A DNA stretch of 64,000 nucleotides from a virus (lineage: Duplodnaviria; Caudoviricetes), in IMG/VR virus record IMGVR_UViG_2663763243_000005, positions 1 to 64,000 of that record; one strand, written 5' to 3'. A program made the position numbers and the translations under genes. Under the pieces are notes generated by a model. That model did no database searches. It was not told where the DNA came from and was given only the letters and a program-made list of their open reading frames with translations. This document shows positions 48,260 through 57,109 of the stretch, piece after piece (the first letter of the stretch is position 1; each line of letters opens with the position of its first letter).

Positions 48260-49207
48260 TTAATCTCCGCTATAGGGCTGTTCACCACTTTCGGTGTAAG
48301 CCTGTTTGAGATAACCCCGCCAGGCGTTATGAGCTATCGTTTCGTTTTTCATCCGTAAATTGGCATTTTGGGCTTGTTTCAATGCCCTGCGTTCGGCTGA
48401 GTTTTTTGGCTCATTACCCTTGAGTACCAGCCGCCGGAATGCGCCTTCAAAATCAATATTCAAATGCCCTGTATGGGACTGGCTGGCTTTCGGCTCAAAC
48501 AATCCCTGCCACTCATTGGCAATGCTTTGAGCAATGACCACCGCTGGTGCATGGCCGTTTTCCTTGAATATCGCCAGCTGATTGATTGCGCCCATTGCCC
48601 CCTGTTTGGTTTTAATTGGTTTTTTTAAATCACAACGAAATTGAACCCACTCTTCCCACAACTCAGTCGGTAACCATTCCGGCAGTTCGATATTTAACGG
48701 ATCAAATGTCTTACCTTCCCTTTTCCCCTTGGGGGGTACAGGGGGGTTTTCTTTTAGTTCTTTCTCTTCCTCTAACTCTTCCTCTGGTAACGCTTTTTGA
48801 TCCGGTGGTGTAACGCCGCCAGCGTTACCTTTGTTGTTACGTTTTGATTTCGAATCTCTAAATTCAGTAACGCGCCTACTTGTAACTGCCCGTTTTTTAG
48901 AGCCTTTTCCGTTATGGCGGTCAAAGTCAGGAAAGTACATTTTCCCGCCGTCATGTTTTAACCATCCAACTGTTATCAGTGCATCAGCAAAACCAGACAT
49001 AAAAGTGATACGGTCAATACCAATTCTTGTAACGCTGACGGCGTTACCATCTGCGTTACCGTCGATGGTCTGTTGGTCAGCCCAGACCCAAACACGAATT
49101 AATTTCCCAAGCACTGTATCTGGGTCGATATTCAGGATTTCAGCCAGTTGGAAGATCTCCGGTTTATCTGGAGTAATCACTTCGACTTTTATCCAACTTG
49201 ATGCCAT
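48260..49207 (-). CDS. Phage replication initiator protein
   Basis: MASSWIKVEVITPDKPEI..LAE.L.IDPD.VLGKL.R.W.WADQ, FDRHNG..SKKRA, SIANEWQGLF. Confidence 0.85.
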   Translation of the reverse strand: MASSWIKVEVITPDKPEIFQLAEILNIDPDTVLGKLIRVWVWADQQTIDGNADGNAVSVTRIGIDRITFMSGFADALITVGWLKHDGGKMYFPDFDRHNGKGSKKRAVTSRRVTEFRDSKSKRNNKGNAGGVTPPDQKALPEEELEEEKELKENPPVPPKGKREGKTFDPLNIELPEWLPTELWEEWVQFRCDLKKPIKTKQGAMGAINQLAIFKENGHAPAVVIAQSIANEWQGLFEPKASQSHTGHLNIDFEGAFRRLVLKGNEPKNSAERRALKQAQNANLRMKNETIAHNAWRGYLKQAYTESGEQPYSGD

Positions 49208-49219
49208 ACCTACCCCGAT

Positions 49220-49408
49220 TCAGTGCTGCTCTGTAACGCTGATAACGTTACATTTGGCGTGACTAGTATTAAAAAGAGCGTTAAATGCTCTCCGTTGCCC
49301 TTGCATGGCTTCACGGGTAAATTGCCGTAAAATCACCCGCGCCATATTTGCTGTGATAGGCATATTCCCGTACCGATAACCATTGCGATAAGTCAGTTTT
49401 TTAGCCAT
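49220..49408 (-). CDS. Phage hypothetical protein
   Basis: Coupled ORF in early right operon. Confidence 0.65.
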   Translation of the reverse strand: MAKKLTYRNGYRYGNMPITANMARVILRQFTREAMQGQRRAFNALFNTSHAKCNVISVTEQH

Positions 49409-49652
49409 GTGGCACCCGCCACGGCTTTTTAGCTTTAACGACTTTCGCTACCGGTTTATCCCGCATCCGCTTATAAGGCTTGGCGTATGTCTTAGCCCAA
49501 ACTAACGCGCTGGCAAATGTAGAGTTCGGCGTATCGGTGTAATGCTTACCGCCTTGAATAGCCGCCGATCTGGCGACTGTCTCGCTAAAACCGGCACGTT
49601 GCAGTTCATCTCGTAATTGTTGCTCGACTTGTTCTCTGGAAAATCTGGCCAT
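49401..49652 (-). CDS. Phage hypothetical protein
   Basis: Starts at the CGAGGTATGACCAATG motif. Confidence 0.7.
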   Translation of the reverse strand: MARFSREQVEQQLRDELQRAGFSETVARSAAIQGGKHYTDTPNSTFASALVWAKTYAKPYKRMRDKPVAKVVKAKKPWRVPHG

Positions 49653-49665
49653 TGGTCATACCTCG

Positions 49666-50106
49666 TTATGCAATCAACTGCTGTGTCAGCGGAATAAGTG
49701 CATGTATCGCCTCAGTGGCTTTAATTAATTTCTGCGACATATCAGAGCAGCCCAACAACACCGCACTCATCGCCAGCGAGAAATCGCGCAATGCTTGTGC
49801 CGCCAAATAATTCACTGAATTGGGGTTTTCCAATCTGGCACGCCGCTCTCCTGGCAATGCCTGAAGAATGGCTGGGGTAAGTTCGGCGATTTTTGCTCTG
49901 GCCTTGTCAGTGTCACTATCAACCCAGCGGAACAAGCGCTGTTTGTTGTTGTATGTAGCGTGTTCATCCTCAATGGGCGTGAGTGGAAGCTCATCACCAC
50001 CGAGATCGAAATAAGCCTGTGCCACTTCTGCCGCGACAATTTCTTGTTTGGTTTCTGCTGCCCAACTCCGCAATTCTGCGCAGATGGCATCATGTTTTAA
50101 TTTCAC
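49666..50106 (-). CDS. YdaT family CII-like regulator
   Basis: MKLKHDAI..ELRSWA.E..Q..VA.E...AY..LGG, NKQRLFRW, L.PAI..ALP.ERRARL. Confidence 0.85.
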   Translation of the reverse strand: MKLKHDAICAELRSWAAETKQEIVAAEVAQAYFDLGGDELPLTPIEDEHATYNNKQRLFRWVDSDTDKARAKIAELTPAILQALPGERRARLENPNSVNYLAAQALRDFSLAMSAVLLGCSDMSQKLIKATEAIHALIPLTQQLIA

Positions 50107-50124
50107 AGCGACCTCCTTATGAAA

Positions 50125-50144
50125 GCTGATTTTTAAAAATCAGC
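50125..50144. promoter_or_regulatory. Putative YdaT/CII operator (pRE-like position)
   Basis: Perfect 20-bp palindrome GCTGATTTTTAAAAATCAGC = TGATT-N6-AATCA. Confidence 0.7.
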
Positions 50145-50146
50145 GT

Positions 50147-50344
50147 TTACTGTGCTGGTGTTATAGGCTTGTCATAATCAATAGGGTCGTAATGCAATTC
50201 GCCATTAGAGGCTTTCTCTAATCGAACGGCCCTTTTCTCTGGGACTAAATCACCCCAAGCAGAAACTGATGGCGGCTTAACCCCCGCAGCTTTTGCCAGA
50301 GCACTCTTGGTGCCGAAATATTGAATGGCATCTTTTTTTAACAC
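50147..50344 (-). CDS. dicC: Cro-like repressor (DicC family)
   Basis: LKKDAIQYFGTKSALAKAAGV...W.DLVPE.RA.RL..AS.GEL.YDP, collinear with Qin DicC. Confidence 0.85.
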   Translation of the reverse strand: MLKKDAIQYFGTKSALAKAAGVKPPSVSAWGDLVPEKRAVRLEKASNGELHYDPIDYDKPITPAQ

Positions 50345-50358
50345 GTCGCCTCTCCTGC

Positions 50359-50424
50359 TGTTAGATTTAGTTAACAAGTTATTTGTTCAGGAAATTTAAG
50401 TCAAGAGAATTTAGAATTACCTAA
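50359..50424. promoter_or_regulatory. oR operators between cro and cI
   Basis: TGTTAGATTTAGTTAACA (50359-50376) and TTAGAATTACCTAA (50411-50424); related boxes at 50863-50880 and 50897-50914 overlap pL TTGAAT-17-TAACTT. Confidence 0.6.
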
Positions 50425-50426
50425 CT

Positions 50427-50819
50427 ATGAAAAATCCCGGTGAACGCATCAGAGAGCGGCGAAATGAGCTGCAACTAACCCAACGCAGCCTTGCAAAGGC
50501 GGTGAAAGTGTCCCATGTCACCATTTCACAATGGGAAAGCAACGACAGTTCACCTTCTGGCAAAAATCTATTTGCCCTGAGTACCGCATTACAGTGCTCA
50601 CCAACGTGGATTTTATACGGGGATACAGATCAATCCCCCTCACCCGCAGTAAAGATCCCACCTGAACTTGATGAGAGAGAAGCTGAACTAATTCAATTGT
50701 TTGCGTCTCTTCCTGAATCAGAAAAAGAGCGGCACTTAACAGACCTTCGGCTTAAAGTTGATGAGTTAAACCGACTTTTTGAAGAGCTGTTACAAACCAG
50801 AAAAAAACTCGCCAAATAA
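50427..50819 (+). CDS. dicA: CI-like repressor (DicA family)
   Basis: GERIR.RR..L..TQRSLAKA.KVSHV.ISQWE..DS.P.GKNLFALS..LQCSPTWIL.GD, matching DicA. Confidence 0.9.
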   Translation: MKNPGERIRERRNELQLTQRSLAKAVKVSHVTISQWESNDSSPSGKNLFALSTALQCSPTWILYGDTDQSPSPAVKIPPELDEREAELIQLFASLPESEKERHLTDLRLKVDELNRLFEELLQTRKKLAK

Positions 50820-50920
50820 ATATTCATACTTTTCAAATTCTTACCGCTAATTTCGCCCTTATTGTTAAGTTTGTTTAAATTTACGATTGAATTTATTGTT
50901 AGTTTAAATTAACTTTAACC

Positions 50921-50979
50921 CATCAACGGCACAACAGCCGCTTAGGTAAGCAAGTTCTGACAATCTGAAAGCAGATAAA
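50921..50979 (+). repeat. Conserved pL leader (copy 2)
   Basis: 57/59 identical to 4012-4070. Confidence 0.85.
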
Positions 50980-50992
50980 AAGGGATAAGGCG

Positions 50993-51304
50993 ATGGCATT
51001 AGATCACGGAATATTAAACCTACCCCTCACTAAACGTGGGAATAGCGATTTTCACAAAGAGCTTGATGCTCACCTGAAAAGTGAAAAACGTATTGCGGCA
51101 GATAAACGCTTCGTAGCCGCTTCAAACTTTAACGCTAACAAAGCTGCTGCACTTGAAGCCTTCAATCGTATCAGCGATACACTGTTAAAAGCAGAGGCGA
51201 AAAAACGTGGTGTAAGAGCAAGATCCCTGAAAAAAATTATTCGTGAAACATGTTCAGATAATCCAGTTAAGGCAATAAAGATTTTAGAATTGTTAACTGA
51301 ATAG
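50993..51304 (+). CDS. Phage hypothetical protein, first gene of pL operon
   Basis: 103 aa basic ORF with RBS. Confidence 0.7.
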   Translation: MALDHGILNLPLTKRGNSDFHKELDAHLKSEKRIAADKRFVAASNFNANKAAALEAFNRISDTLLKAEAKKRGVRARSLKKIIRETCSDNPVKAIKILELLTE

Positions 51305-51416
51305 GAACAACATAGTTAATATAAAAGAGTTATTAGAAAAGATTCGTGAAATTATAGCGGGGTTAATAACGAGGCAATCATATGTTCATTTTCAATTTTT
51401 AATATTCAGGAAATTT

Positions 51417-51590
51417 ATGGAGCAACTATTATTCGCTTTAGTTGTATCGGTATGCCCTGCTCATGAAATTTGTAGGGATATTGTCTATGAAGTTTATGAC
51501 ACCCAACAAGAATGTGAAAAAGTCATTTTCGAAAATAGGTTATTCAACGGCAACTGCTACCCAGTCGATGCCATTATTCATCAACAATAA
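51417..51590 (+). CDS. YdfD/DUF1482 family protein (57 aa)
   Basis: Not in ORF track. MEQLLFALVVSVC...YDTQQEC...GNCYPVDAIIHQQ matches the YdfD motif GNCYPVDKVIHQ. Confidence 0.8.
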   Translation: MEQLLFALVVSVCPAHEICRDIVYEVYDTQQECEKVIFENRLFNGNCYPVDAIIHQQ

Positions 51591-51603
51591 CGAGGTATGA
51601 CCA

Positions 51604-51936
51604 ATGAAATTTAAAGAAATTAAATTATCTATTAAACCACTTTATAATGACGTTGCTCAGTTATCCGCAGAAAATGAAGTAATCGGCTATGCCGTTAAAA
51701 ATAAAGAGGCTAATTCACCGCTGGCTTCTATTATTTTACCTAATGGTGAACTTTTAGGGGATTACCATTGTATGGGCTGTGCAATTAAAGCCGCCACTAA
51801 ACATTATATTGGCATTGGCGAAGATGAAGCCATTGAGGCCAATTTCAGCTTCGGTAATAACAACGTCCGTAACTTATTATTAGCTGCATTGTTATCAAGT
51901 GTTGTTGATGATTTAACCACTCAATCCAGACATTAA
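51604..51936 (+). CDS. Phage hypothetical protein
   Basis: HCMGCA motif; starts at the repeated motif. Confidence 0.75.
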   Translation: MKFKEIKLSIKPLYNDVAQLSAENEVIGYAVKNKEANSPLASIILPNGELLGDYHCMGCAIKAATKHYIGIGEDEAIEANFSFGNNNVRNLLLAALLSSVVDDLTTQSRH

Positions 51937-52124
51937 TAATTGCAGTCAACACCAGTGAAACGGTCGTAAAACTCAGCTTATTAAAGTGGATATATCGACG
52001 CCGAAAACGTAACCGGCATTAAAACAGACGTAAAAAAGCCCACACAAGGTGGGCAATCTTACCGGCTTAACGTCCCGGTGACGGCAGAGTCAGCGACCAA
52101 ACCGACTCTAGCGAGGTATGACCA

Positions 52125-52439
52125 ATGGCTTCCACCACTGGACGCCGAAATTATAGCGAGATCTCTATGCAAAAGACAACACTTAGAATCCTGGCTGATT
52201 CTATCGTCATCGCTAATGCTGCTAAATCCCCCGCATTAGTCGAAGTTGGAGCGAGTCCAGACGCGATAATGGGCACTGTTTCAGATCTAATAGAATCCGG
52301 CATTGTAGATGTACGTGATTTAATTTCTCTGGCTTTAGAGCAAATTAAAAAATGTGACTCTACGTCGTTAGATCATGTATTACCCACAGATGAATTAATA
52401 GCACTGACCGATTGTTATTATCAGATTAAAAATAATTAG
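52125..52439 (+). CDS. Phage hypothetical protein
   Basis: Starts at the repeated motif; structured leader. Confidence 0.7.
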   Translation: MASTTGRRNYSEISMQKTTLRILADSIVIANAAKSPALVEVGASPDAIMGTVSDLIESGIVDVRDLISLALEQIKKCDSTSLDHVLPTDELIALTDCYYQIKNN

Positions 52440-52452
52440 CGAGGAATGACCA

Positions 52453-54606
52453 ATGAGCTTATTTGTATGTGGGTTTCTACCCAAAAAATCAGCTATGGCA
52501 AATGGTGCTGTAGCCATGGCGATTACTGTTGATGCCAAAAATCAAAAAATGGCAACAATGAAATCCACCATGTTATTAGAAGGGGAATTCCCCGGATCAA
52601 GTGGTAATTTCTTTGCACCTAAAGTGTGTGCTGATCGTGTGGGTTCCCCTCGACCGCCGGTACATGATGATGCTGAAGATAATGCCATATTCAGCACTGA
52701 ATGGATGGAACATAATCAATGGAATGATGAAACTAAAGAATTTGAACCTATCGTTATTGATAATACTGACGAAATTGACAATGTTAAAAACATCTTCGAT
52801 TTACCAATTAACGTAAGAATTGCATATGTTTTATTATATGGCGTAGAGCCTGAAATTGTTGATAGCCATCTATTATCTAATGCATACGATTTAATTAATG
52901 ATGATGAATCAGAGCCGTTATATCGTGCAGTTATTGATGGCTTGCCACGCTTACCACAAGTTAAGCACATGTACATCACTACATTGGCACAACTCATTGA
53001 TGATGTTCAGGCCCACACTCCGGTATTTAAATCATGGCCGGACGTTAACAAGTTTGCTGAAAAGTGGATCAACTCTCGTCCAGATGAGCGGGAACACCCT
53101 GACAATCAAGCGAATGAACAAGCCAATTCATCGCCTACGCCAGCGAGTCATCGTGAACGCGATTATAAGCATGATTACGCCTCTCTCGATCTTGAAGTCG
53201 CCTGCGCCCTGTTCCCCGGTGATTATGATGTTTGGGAAGTGCCATCATCCATTTATCGTGGCGCTAAAGAAAAAGTAGAAAAAGGTGATGAGGCTTGGCG
53301 GCGCTGGTCAACTGCTTTACGGATTATCCCTGCCATTTTAGCGGTTTCCCGTGATGATCTGTTTGCAATGATCCGCAGTGCTGAACTGGATATTCATAAA
53401 GACCCAGCCAAGCTGAAAGCCTATATCAATCAGTGTTTACAGCTTGATGTAATCAAAGCCGATGATGTGAAAACAGCAAACCTTGGCGATGGCAAATTTA
53501 GTGTTGATGGCTTGACCGGCGCAGCCAACGATTCACCGGCGAATACCAGCACAATCGAAAAACCAAAAACTGTTACAAAAGTGCCAAAAGGTGCAACAGA
53601 ACAGCCCAATCATGTATCAAACATTGCAAATAGCACCATTAATGACGAAACAGCGACCATTAACGCCGAGACCCATACCAATGAGCAGATAGAGTCTGAA
53701 TCACCGCATCCTACCGCAGATGAGTTCCAACAGCGGGCATCACAGATCGATCAGGATATCTCTAAGTTACCCAAAGAGTCTCAGGATAATTTAAGTATCT
53801 GGAAATCAGTACAGCGCACCGATCCCGCGCGTACCAAGCGCAAAGATACGACCAAAAATGGCAAAGTCATTCGCTCTGTGACCAGCATCAATCCTACCTA
53901 TCAGACAATGAGAGCCACGGAAATCTTTGGCCCCTTTGGTAGCGGCTGGGGCGTGGATATTATCAGTGAGGAATTTATACCCGGCATCCCATTTATGGAG
54001 TCGATTCTGGATAGCAACAATCGAGAGATCGGGCGCAAGCCCATGCGTGATGGGGATGGCACCATTCTACGGACATCCAACCACACTATGCGGATTGAAC
54101 TGTGGTACCAACACGCAGGAGGTCGGGGCCGCTTCCCCGCTTTTGGTCATACCAAACATATTTATCAGAGTACCAACGGTTTCATTTGTGACGATGAAGT
54201 CAGCAAAAAAAGCCTAACGGACGCCACGACCAAAGCATTAGCACAGCTTGGTTTCAGCGCTGATGTGTTTATGGGTCTGTTTGATGATGCTGAATACACC
54301 GCCGACAATAATATTGAGTTCGGTATTAAAAATGCCAGCACTAAAGCTGATGATGTGGTTCGTCTACGTAAAGAGTTAGACGACAAATTCAAAGCCAATA
54401 CCGAGACGATGAAAACAGCAGTCACGGCGAATGAAGTGACAAAAATCAGCACCTCACTAACACGCACCATCGGGGTTCATCTCAAGAATGCCGAATCATC
54501 CCATGATGATGAACACGTCAAATATCTGACCGGCCGTCTAACCCGTTTGAATCAAATCAAAGATGAGTGCCTGACAAAATTTGTCACTGAGGGAGAAAAA
54601 GCATGA
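52453..54606 (+). CDS. RecE-like N-terminus fused to Sak/Rad52-like single-strand annealing domain
   Basis: N-terminal region resembles the RecE/ExoVIII N-terminus (LDLEVACAL.PGD); C-terminal ATEIFGP.G.GWG...KKSLTDA..KAL..LGFSADVFMG.FDD. Confidence 0.7.
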   Translation: MSLFVCGFLPKKSAMANGAVAMAITVDAKNQKMATMKSTMLLEGEFPGSSGNFFAPKVCADRVGSPRPPVHDDAEDNAIFSTEWMEHNQWNDETKEFEPIVIDNTDEIDNVKNIFDLPINVRIAYVLLYGVEPEIVDSHLLSNAYDLINDDESEPLYRAVIDGLPRLPQVKHMYITTLAQLIDDVQAHTPVFKSWPDVNKFAEKWINSRPDEREHPDNQANEQANSSPTPASHRERDYKHDYASLDLEVACALFPGDYDVWEVPSSIYRGAKEKVEKGDEAWRRWSTALRIIPAILAVSRDDLFAMIRSAELDIHKDPAKLKAYINQCLQLDVIKADDVKTANLGDGKFSVDGLTGAANDSPANTSTIEKPKTVTKVPKGATEQPNHVSNIANSTINDETATINAETHTNEQIESESPHPTADEFQQRASQIDQDISKLPKESQDNLSIWKSVQRTDPARTKRKDTTKNGKVIRSVTSINPTYQTMRATEIFGPFGSGWGVDIISEEFIPGIPFMESILDSNNREIGRKPMRDGDGTILRTSNHTMRIELWYQHAGGRGRFPAFGHTKHIYQSTNGFICDDEVSKKSLTDATTKALAQLGFSADVFMGLFDDAEYTADNNIEFGIKNASTKADDVVRLRKELDDKFKANTETMKTAVTANEVTKISTSLTRTIGVHLKNAESSHDDEHVKYLTGRLTRLNQIKDECLTKFVTEGEKA

Positions 54607-55115
54607 GCACAAGCGCCATATCATTAGCCACTGATTACCGAAAATTGCAGGAAATGGCCGATAGCGGTGATGAACTCACCCCCGAAATGGTCGCTGACAC
54701 TCTCTCTGGTATTGAGGGCATGCTGGAAGATAAGTTCGATGCCTTGATGGCATTGGTTCGTAACACGCTGGGTCAGGCAGAGATATGTGCCAACGAAGCC
54801 AAGCGGATGAGTGCACGCAAGAAAAGTTTTGATAATCAGGCTGAAATCTACCGTAAATATATATTGGAATGCATGATTCAGGCCGGCAAAGACTCGATCA
54901 AAACGGCGTCTAATACATTCACTGCCCGAAAAGGGACAAAAAAACTCGTTATCACCGATGTAAATTTGTTGCCTGATGAATATGTAGACTCCGTTTCTCA
55001 GGTGCAAATTATCACCACCCCAAAAGCCGATGAAATCAAAGCTGCCTTAAATGAGGGCCTATTGATAGCCGGTGCCAAGTTTGAAACTGGCGAACGTTCG
55101 TTAGCCGTCCGCTAA
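54603..55115 (+). CDS. Siphovirus Gp157 family protein
   Basis: DTL.GIEG.LEDK, EAKRM..RKKS, LP.EY, IKAAL..G..I.GA..E.GERSL.VR. Confidence 0.88.
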   Translation: MSTSAISLATDYRKLQEMADSGDELTPEMVADTLSGIEGMLEDKFDALMALVRNTLGQAEICANEAKRMSARKKSFDNQAEIYRKYILECMIQAGKDSIKTASNTFTARKGTKKLVITDVNLLPDEYVDSVSQVQIITTPKADEIKAALNEGLLIAGAKFETGERSLAVR

Positions 55116-55116
55116 C

Positions 55117-55132
55117 TGATTTTTAAAAATCA
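55117..55132. promoter_or_regulatory. Second putative YdaT/CII operator (pI-like position)
   Basis: TGATTTTTAAAAATCA, identical core to 50125-50144, upstream of xis/int. Confidence 0.65.
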
Positions 55133-55187
55133 AAACTGAACCGGTCAGCGCGTTACTATGCTGGCCGGTCATATCGAGGTATGACCA

Positions 55188-55502
55188 ATGGCTAAATTAA
55201 TGACATTAACCGAATGGTGTGATGAAACGTATGCGACTGACAAGCCGACGATTCAAACACTCCAACGCTGGGCCAGAAACGGTAACTTTTACCCTGCGGC
55301 AGAAAAACACGGCAGACAGTATAGGGTAAAACCTAATGCTATTTATATCGATCCGAAGGATTTCAATCTCGGTAAAAAAATCAAAGATGCCAAAAGCGCG
55401 GCCCCTGCGCGGAATGCGTTTATGGAGAAAGTGATCAATGACTCGGCGGAAAAAGTACGATGCGAACTTACCGCGCAATCTCACCTATCGCCATCGCTAT
55501 AA
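55188..55502 (+). CDS. xis: Excisionase
   Basis: MTL.EW....Y...P...TL.RWAR.G..YPA.EK.GR.YRV...A.YI; overlaps int. Confidence 0.9.
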   Translation: MAKLMTLTEWCDETYATDKPTIQTLQRWARNGNFYPAAEKHGRQYRVKPNAIYIDPKDFNLGKKIKDAKSAAPARNAFMEKVINDSAEKVRCELTAQSHLSPSL

Positions 55503-56517
55503 ATCATACTATTGGCGCAATCCGTTAACAGGGAAAGAAATCCCGTTAGGCCAAATCTCCCGCAGAGAAGCCGTTTCACAATCTATCGAGGCCAATAATT
55601 ATGTTGAGCAAAACTACTCTCCTGTATTACTACTGGAAAAATTGAAAGGCACACAAGAGTACACAATGACCTCCTGGCTTGAACGTTACGATGTCATATA
55701 CAAGCGCAGAGAATTGGCAATGAACACTTACAAAGTTCGCAAGGGGCAAATAGCCATGATCAGCGAAAAGATGGGCAATATGGTTCTGGCTAAAATCACC
55801 ACCCGTCACGTTGCTGAATTTCTAGAGTTTTGGGTGGCACAGGACAAAAAAACCATGGCCGCCACCATGCGATCAGTGTTGTCTGATATTTTCCGAGAGG
55901 CGATTGTCGAGGGCCATATAGATAATAATCCAGTGACACCGACACGCTCAGCTAAACCGGTGGTGAAACGTGAGCGCCTGGAACTGGATCAGTATCTCGC
56001 TATTCGTGAGGTCGCTGACACATTACCGGCGTGGTTTGGGCTATCAATGGATCTGGCACTGGTGACGGGCCAACGACGTGAAGATTTATCACTGATGCGC
56101 TTTGACCAGATTGTTGATGGCAGATTACAGATAGACCAAGGCAAAACAGGAGCCATGATCTCCCTGCCCTTAGATCTTGAGCTTAAAGCCGTTGGCCTAC
56201 GTCTTAACACCGTGATTGAACAATGTAGATTAGCCAGTAAGACTGATTTTATGATAAGTGCTGGCATCAGAAAAAATAGCCCTGATGGCTCACTGCATCC
56301 AGATAGCCTGACAAAGAAATTCGTAACGGCGAGAAAAGGAACAGATTTTCGTTTTGATGAGAGTCCACCAACTTTTCACGAGATCAGAAGTCTCGCTGGG
56401 CGATTGTATGAAAAGGAAAAAGGTAAAGAATTTGCGATGAAACTGCTGGGGCATAAATCGGAGAAGATGACGAACAAGTATCTTGATACGAGGGGTAAAG
56501 AATACGTAATGCTATAA
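55438..56517 (+). CDS. int: Lambda-type tyrosine integrase
   Basis: Arm-binding N-terminus; TGQRREDL, FHEIRSL, LLGHKS, KYLD catalytic residues. Confidence 0.95.
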   Translation: MTRRKKYDANLPRNLTYRHRYKSYYWRNPLTGKEIPLGQISRREAVSQSIEANNYVEQNYSPVLLLEKLKGTQEYTMTSWLERYDVIYKRRELAMNTYKVRKGQIAMISEKMGNMVLAKITTRHVAEFLEFWVAQDKKTMAATMRSVLSDIFREAIVEGHIDNNPVTPTRSAKPVVKRERLELDQYLAIREVADTLPAWFGLSMDLALVTGQRREDLSLMRFDQIVDGRLQIDQGKTGAMISLPLDLELKAVGLRLNTVIEQCRLASKTDFMISAGIRKNSPDGSLHPDSLTKKFVTARKGTDFRFDESPPTFHEIRSLAGRLYEKEKGKEFAMKLLGHKSEKMTNKYLDTRGKEYVML

Positions 56518-56601
56518 AAGACCGAATATCAAAATTCGTGTAATTTTCGTGTATTTTCGTTTTTACTAAAAAATAACCTTTAAAATCAACAAGTTAAAAA
56601 G

Positions 56602-56619
56602 AGACCGAATACGATTCCT
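56602..56619. repeat. att core (right junction), SdsR/RyeB 3' end fragment
   Basis: AAAAAGAGACCGAATACGATTCCT; preceded by three TTCGTGTA-like arm repeats at ~56533-56562. Confidence 0.88.
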
Positions 56620-56783
56620 AAAGGTGAGAATTCTTAAATTTATCTATATAAAACAATAAGATAATCAGAGTTATGACCTTTAGTCTGCGTTTGACACCGT
56701 CTTTAAAAGATCAACATGATCATATACTTATTATCTATTTCGAAAATACTCGGGAAAAGTTCGGGCGCTAAAATGAGGGAAAC

Positions 56784-56996
56784 ATGATATCGACACTATT
56801 TATAGTCAGCCTAATACTAGCCGCAGTAATGATCACCATTCACCCTGCTCTCTGTGTCCCGTTTGTTATCGCTGCTTACCTGTTAGCAGGTAAAGGCAAT
56901 ATGCACATGGATAGTAATACCAGCATCATTTTAGGGATCATCGGATTTATTCTGTTATTGGTTCTGTTCGTCATTGTGAATGACGCCTTCAAATAA
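56784..56996 (+). CDS. Small membrane protein
   Basis: 70 aa, highly hydrophobic, GAGGG RBS. Confidence 0.7.
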   Translation: MISTLFIVSLILAAVMITIHPALCVPFVIAAYLLAGKGNMHMDSNTSIILGIIGFILLLVLFVIVNDAFK

Positions 56997-57109
56997 TTAT
57001 TGATGGTGTAATGTAGATTAATCGCCGGATGCAACACATTGGTCGAATTGCTTAAAAATTGATTATTTGGTTAAATAATGCCATTTGATAAAAGGACTTG
57101 GGGTGAATT

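Larger units (their letters stand above)
10041..56619. mobile_element. Intact-looking temperate myovirus prophage (~46.6 kb)
   Basis: Full set of int/xis, immunity, replication, Q, lysis, terminase, head and contractile tail genes, bounded by 18-bp direct repeats. Confidence 0.92.
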
